Source: Myxococcota bacterium
Lineage (GTDB): Bacteria; Myxococcota_A; SURF-8
Length of the DNA stretch: 64,000 bases
Direction of reading: 5' to 3'
Assembly: GCA_965140415.1 (NCBI GenBank)
Contig: OZ223209.1
Location: 5,888,001-5,952,000 of the forward strand
The notes beneath the pieces were generated by a model. The model searched no databases. It was not told where the DNA came from and saw only the letters and a program-made list of their open reading frames with translations. Below are positions 59,510 through 64,000 of this stretch, piece after piece. Numbering within the stretch: position 1 is the first letter of the stretch; every line of letters begins with the position of its first letter. Position numbers and translations under genes: made by a program.

Positions 59510-60664
59510 CTATTTCAGCAGGTTCAACAGCGATTGCGGCAGCTGATTCGCCTGCGCCAGCATCGACATACCCGACTGGATCAGGATGTTGTACTTGGTG
59601 TAGTCACTCATTTCCACTGCCATATCCACATCGCGGATGATCGACTCGCTGGCGGTTTTATTCTCCAGTGATACCGACAGGTTACTTGCTGAATACTGCA
59701 AGCGGTTGACCAACGCACCCACATCGGCCATGGCGTTTGCCAGGTAATCGATGGCGGCATCGACTTCATCCATGGCGTCTTGCGAACTGACCTGGGTCGT
59801 CAGATCGATATCGAAAGCCGCTCCCCCATTGAGTGAGGCCAGGGAAAGATCCGGCAACGTGAAGCCGATCTGATGGTAGGCATTGTTTCTATCACCGATC
59901 TGGAACAGCGCCGGTCCGGTTGCACCAGTATAAATGGTAGACCCCACTCCGGCGGCACCGGCAGTAAAGTTGGCTTCATCAAACGCACTGTTTACGGTGA
60001 TCTGAATGCCCAACTCGTCGAAATTCAAGACGAAATCTTCATTCGGGCCAAGGCTGTTGGCAGCAGCATAACTGATATTCTGCGACACGGTACCGTCGGT
60101 CAGTGTCATTGTGTCTGCGCTTGCCGACATGGCGGTCAACCAATAGGTGCGGCCACCTTGAGCGCCGGTCACATCGATGAATTCCACACCGTTATCACTG
60201 GTGAAGTCGATCGGAGCGGTGGAACTGAGCGTGGTGGAACCGAACGTACCATCCAGCAGGGTCTGGCTGTCGTACTGGGTGTAGCCGACGATACGCGAGA
60301 TTTCAGCTTCCAGCGCCGTGATTTCACGATCGATTTTTCCGCGATCCGTACCGGTGTTACCACTGGCGGCCTGCGTTGCAAGCTCTTTCATGCGGCGTAG
60401 CATCAGATCGATCTGCGACATCGCCCCTTCAGCCACCTGTAACATTGATATAGCCTGCGAGGTGTTGCGGCTGGCGACTTTCAGCGAGCTGATCTCAGCA
60501 CGAAATCGCATGGATGAAGCCATGCCGGCTGCGTCATCGGAGGCTTGATTGATGCGATAGCCAGAAGACAGTCGCTCCAAAGACTTGCTCAAGCCTTTCT
60601 CACTGACGCTCACATTGCGGTGAGACATCATCGCGGTAATATTGTTCTGAATTCTGAATCCCAT
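59510..60664 (-). CDS. fliC: Flagellin (second paralog)
   Basis: RLSSGYRINQASDDAAG; FQIG; IRDVDMA; SMLAQAN. Confidence 0.96.
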   Translation of the reverse strand: MGFRIQNNITAMMSHRNVSVSEKGLSKSLERLSSGYRINQASDDAAGMASSMRFRAEISSLKVASRNTSQAISMLQVAEGAMSQIDLMLRRMKELATQAASGNTGTDRGKIDREITALEAEISRIVGYTQYDSQTLLDGTFGSTTLSSTAPIDFTSDNGVEFIDVTGAQGGRTYWLTAMSASADTMTLTDGTVSQNISYAAANSLGPNEDFVLNFDELGIQITVNSAFDEANFTAGAAGVGSTIYTGATGPALFQIGDRNNAYHQIGFTLPDLSLASLNGGAAFDIDLTTQVSSQDAMDEVDAAIDYLANAMADVGALVNRLQYSASNLSVSLENKTASESIIRDVDMAVEMSDYTKYNILIQSGMSMLAQANQLPQSLLNLLK

Positions 60665-60794
60665 TTCTTCCTCCTTGAATGCTCTTTACGAAAGCAGCCG
60701 TCCCTGCCTTGTCGCACCTTATTAATAGTTAGAAACCCTCTAACCATTCGATCCAGGATGTCAGTTTGCGTGTCACTTCACGCCTCTAGTCATT

Positions 60795-60821
60795 AATTCG
60801 GAAGTGGGAAATTAATCTTTA
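60795..60821 (-). promoter_or_regulatory. Sigma28 (FliA) promoter
   Basis: TAAA-15 nt-TCCGAATT; GGA-containing hairpin at 60692..60709 in the leader. Confidence 0.62.
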
Positions 60822-61369
60822 ATGTTTTTGTTAAAAAAATTGTATCTAAACTATTGAAATTACTAGGTATTTTGTTCCGGCGAGTAGGCAAATGTTGCCT
60901 AGTTTTCACCGATTTTCCAGATCTCATTTTCCTGTATTTTCAGTAAGTTACAAATTGGTAGGCAAAATCTTCCGGTTGCCCTGTTTGTGCAGGCACTCCT
61001 TGCGGCAGATTTTGCCCTGTACGTTTTGGAGCCGATCGAAAAAAAAGTTTTAAAAATCACCGTTTCAGATTCTTTTAACCATTAATATGCGACTTTTAAA
61101 GCCGGAATTCGGACCGATTTCCTGTTTGATATTGCCTGCTCTAACCGTTTCGCCGCCTATAGCCACTCCGACACCCGGTTTGTTGTATTTCGGTAATCAA
61201 GTAGCGGTAACTCTTCTAAAAGGGCGGAATCGCGTGATTTTATTGTTTCGTACATCTTCATTACATGGTAAAAGAATTTCGTCCAGTGGCTCGCAAGTAC
61301 CGCGCGTACAAGCCGAACCCGAGCAGACAGTCACTACCAGCGATTCGTTCACGTTCGAAAGGGAAGTCG

Positions 61370-63079
61370 ATGAAATTATCCGACAAGCTTTACCTGTTGT
61401 ATCGCATTGCCAAATGGCGACTCACCTGGAATATGCGCGATCTCGGTTATCGCCCGCCCAATTGCCCTTCCAGCCGTTTCATGAATGCCCGGCAGGCGGT
61501 GCAGCTTATCAACGATGGCGACACGGTGATCAGTTGCGGCATGGCTGGCAATGCACGCTGCTCCATTTTCTACTGGGCGCTGCGTGAAGCCTTTGAAAAA
61601 GGCCAGCATCCGCGCGATCTGACCTGGATCGCCGTCGGCGCGCAGGGAAGCCGTGGACGCGCTCCGGGAACCGTGGAGGAACTGGGGCTCGATGGCTTAT
61701 TGAGCTGTTTCATCAGCGGTCATCACGAAACGGCCAAGTCGCTGTTGGCGCTGGGCGAACAGGGAAAACTGGAAATGCACACCCTGCCGCAGGGCGAGAT
61801 GACTTTCATTCTGGAAGCGCAGGCCAAAGGCGAACTGAGCGTACGCAGCACGGTCGGGCTGGACACCTTTTTGGACCCGAAGGTCGGTCCCGGCTCGGCC
61901 ACCACGCCCAATGCAAAACGGAACCTGGTCGAGCGCGACGGCGACGAGCTGATTTACAGCATGCCGAAAATCAACGTGGCCATGTTCAATGCGCCCTATG
62001 CGGATAAAGACGGCAACATCTATTTCCACAACGCCGCCACCATTACGGAGAACATCGAAGCGGCCAAAGCCGCTCGTGCCAATGGCGGGCGCGTACTGGC
62101 CGCCGTGGCGGATATCATCCCGCGCGACGATTCCCGCATCTGCCTGAGTGCCGATCTGATCGACGCCATCGTGGTCAATCCACGCAACGAGCAAACCGGC
62201 GCGGTGCCGCAGCGCTCCTTCTGGCCGATGTTCACCTCCGATTCCAAAGAAGACACCGCCGAGTCTGTGGAAAAGCTGAAATTCATCAACAACACGCTGA
62301 AAATCACGCCCGTGCGCGGACCGGTGGAAAACGCGCTGGCGCGCATTGCATCTTCACTGTTCGTCGATGCCGCCCATCCGGGTGCAATCGTCAACATCGG
62401 CGTCGGACTGCCGGAAGAAGTCTGCCGGCTGATGTACGAAAGCGGCCTGTATCACGATCTGACCTTCACCTCCGAAACCGGCGTCTTCGGCGGTCTGCCC
62501 ACTCCGGGCATCTTCTTCGGCGCGGCCATCAATCCCAAAGAACTGCAAAGCTCCGCCTGGATGTTCCATCTGTACCAGGAAAAACTGAGCGTGGCGGTAT
62601 TGGGATTGTTGCAGGTGGACAGCGAAGGCAACGTCAATGTATCCAAGCGCGGACCCAAGGTCACCGATTACGTCGGCCCCGGCGGTTTCCCGAACATCGT
62701 CGATGGCGCGAAAACGATCATCTTCGTCGGAAGCTGGATGGCTCACTCGAAAATGAGCCTGAATAACGGTCAGTTGTCCATCGACAAACCCGGCAAGCCC
62801 AAATTCATCGAAAAGGTGGACCAGGTCACCTTTAGTGGAAAGCGCGGGTTGGAACTGGGCAAGAAGGTGTTTTACGTCACCAACGTCGGCGTGTTCCAGC
62901 TTACCGAGCGCGGCCTGGAATTGATCCGGGTCATGCCGGGCATCGACGTCCAACGCGACATCATCAATGGCTGCACGGCAAAGATCGTGTTGCCGGAAAA
63001 TGGCGAGGTGCCTCTGGTCGCACCGGAACTCGCCAGCGGCAAAGGCTTCCGCCTGCAATGGCCGCAAGGCGCAAAATAA
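61370..63079 (+). CDS. Family I CoA-transferase, fused alpha/beta (Pct/YdiF-like)
   Basis: LPQG, VGLDTFLDP, ADKDGN, VNIGVGLPE, TSETG (catalytic Glu), GNVNVS, GPGGF.NI, PGIDV. Confidence 0.88.
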   Translation: MKLSDKLYLLYRIAKWRLTWNMRDLGYRPPNCPSSRFMNARQAVQLINDGDTVISCGMAGNARCSIFYWALREAFEKGQHPRDLTWIAVGAQGSRGRAPGTVEELGLDGLLSCFISGHHETAKSLLALGEQGKLEMHTLPQGEMTFILEAQAKGELSVRSTVGLDTFLDPKVGPGSATTPNAKRNLVERDGDELIYSMPKINVAMFNAPYADKDGNIYFHNAATITENIEAAKAARANGGRVLAAVADIIPRDDSRICLSADLIDAIVVNPRNEQTGAVPQRSFWPMFTSDSKEDTAESVEKLKFINNTLKITPVRGPVENALARIASSLFVDAAHPGAIVNIGVGLPEEVCRLMYESGLYHDLTFTSETGVFGGLPTPGIFFGAAINPKELQSSAWMFHLYQEKLSVAVLGLLQVDSEGNVNVSKRGPKVTDYVGPGGFPNIVDGAKTIIFVGSWMAHSKMSLNNGQLSIDKPGKPKFIEKVDQVTFSGKRGLELGKKVFYVTNVGVFQLTERGLELIRVMPGIDVQRDIINGCTAKIVLPENGEVPLVAPELASGKGFRLQWPQGAK

Positions 63080-63108
63080 GCGACCTTATCCAATAATCTT
63101 TCACGCTA

Positions 63109-63132
63109 GGAGCAGGGCTTTCGTCCTGCTCT
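63109..63132 (+). terminator. Terminator hairpin
   Basis: ggagcagggc-tttc-gtcctgctct followed by a T-rich tract. Confidence 0.6.
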
Positions 63133-63229
63133 TCGTGTTTTGAAGCTGTGATAAAAACGATAGGTCGAACAAATTTCTGGGCGATGTAGCATGACTCCCA
63201 CTATGCTTCACATGTATCTTTTTTCATAA

Positions 63230-63295
63230 GTAGGTCGGGCAAATGCCTTGCCCGACATGAATTGGATTGTCGGTCAGAAAATCTGACCGACCTAC
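63230..63295. repeat. GTAG REP doublet (family D)
   Basis: gtaggtcgggcaaatgccttgcccgaca ... tgtcggtcagaaaatctgaccgacctac. Confidence 0.85.
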
Positions 63296-63392
63296 CGGGC
63301 TAGTTTTCGTGTGATGAGCATGACAAATGCCTATCATACAAGGCTTGTTACGGCCACCCACCCGCCGAATTATCCCGGTTGGGATTTCCCTC

Positions 63393-63422
63393 TTGACAAC
63401 ACTGTCGCTTATATGCGACACT
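63393..63422 (+). promoter_or_regulatory. TA promoter with palindromic operator
   Basis: TTGACA at 63393; tgtcgc-ttatat-gcgaca palindrome at 63403..63420. Confidence 0.7.
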
Positions 63423-63428
63423 CAAAAC

Positions 63429-63764
63429 ATGGAAGCGAGACCTAGAAATCTAGTTGTGTACCAAACCTCGGATGGAATCGAACCATTCACCCGCTGGTTT
63501 CAAGGTCTGAGAGACTATGCAGCCATCGCCCGAATCACCCATCGTCTCGATAGGCTGGAACTTGGAAACTGGGGTGACTGTAAGGCCGTTGGCGATGGCG
63601 TACAGGAACTGAGAATTCCCTACGGCCCCGGCTATCGGGTTTACCTGGCTCAGGACGGGGATACTTTGGTGATTCTGCTCTGTGGTGGGAACAAGAGCAC
63701 CCAAAGCAAGGACATCAAGACCGCCAAAACATATTGGCGCGAATACAAGGAGCGGACATCATGA
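63429..63764 (+). CDS. RelE/HigB-like toxin (addiction module killer)
   Basis: F.RW...LRD, GNWGDCKAVGDGVQELRI.YGPGYRVY, LLCGG.KSTQ..DI. Confidence 0.92.
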   Translation: MEARPRNLVVYQTSDGIEPFTRWFQGLRDYAAIARITHRLDRLELGNWGDCKAVGDGVQELRIPYGPGYRVYLAQDGDTLVILLCGGNKSTQSKDIKTAKTYWREYKERTS

Positions 63765-64000
63765 CAAACCGAAAATGGCGAGAGGTCGCCACCGAAAAAA
63801 TGACCAACCCCAAAGCAGCGGCGGCGTATCTTAAAGTCGCTCTTGAGGAATATGAACGGGATGGGGATGTCGCTGTTTTACTGATTGCCATTCGCACCGT
63901 CGTGGATGCAAAAGGAGGGATTGGAGCTTTGGCGAAAGCTACAGGCTTGAACAGACAGACTTTGTATCGAACCCTGGATGGTAAGCATAGTCCCCGTCTC
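63761..64000 (+). CDS. HTH antitoxin (addiction module antidote), truncated by window end
   Basis: Own translation: MTNRKW...AAYLKVALEE...AKGGIGALAKATGLNRQTLYRTL; ATGA overlap with the toxin stop. Confidence 0.88.
   Translation, partial: MTNRKWREVATEKMTNPKAAAAYLKVALEEYERDGDVAVLLIAIRTVVDAKGGIGALAKATGLNRQTLYRTLDGKHSPRL

Noticed and set aside
60991-61003. Sigma54 promoter aggcactccttgc
   Set aside because: GG-to-GC spacing is 8 nt rather than the required 10.

Overview
Chromosomal 64-kb window from a bacterium of moderately high GC. Gene content (Cys-rich lipoproteins, PxxKW-type protein, CarD/CdnL-ispDF-cysS, Hanks kinase-FGE fusion) suggests a deltaproteobacteria-type lineage (Myxococcota/Desulfobacterota-like); this is inference. 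In order: (1) a cluster of a Cys-rich lipoprotein, a GT-C glycosyltransferase and two radical SAM enzymes; (2) rhlE, an IS110 remnant, PfpI, a Ser/Thr kinase, a cyclophilin and an M15 peptidase; (3) fdhD, a selenocysteine fdhA (in-frame UGA plus SECIS) and NuoE/NuoF-like subunits; (4) slyD, a hybrid sensor whose kinase core is degenerate (His->Tyr, N-box Asn lost), a tandem active/inactive TPR-transglutaminase pair, yihY and gltX; (5) xseA, an IMPase, carD, ispDF (apparent CTG start), cysS and a wecB homolog lacking two catalytic acids; (6) a nucleotidyltransferase, an O-antigen-ligase-like gene and a GH9; (7) fliT-like, fliS, a large fliD, flaG and two flagellins with sigma28 promoters and CsrA-type hairpins; (8) a CoA-transferase and a toxin-antitoxin pair. 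Intergenic DNA carries at least five REP/REPIN-like families, some nested, and a ~200-nt structured candidate ncRNA. No rRNA, tRNA or CRISPR array was seen. All calls are by motif recognition; no searches were run.
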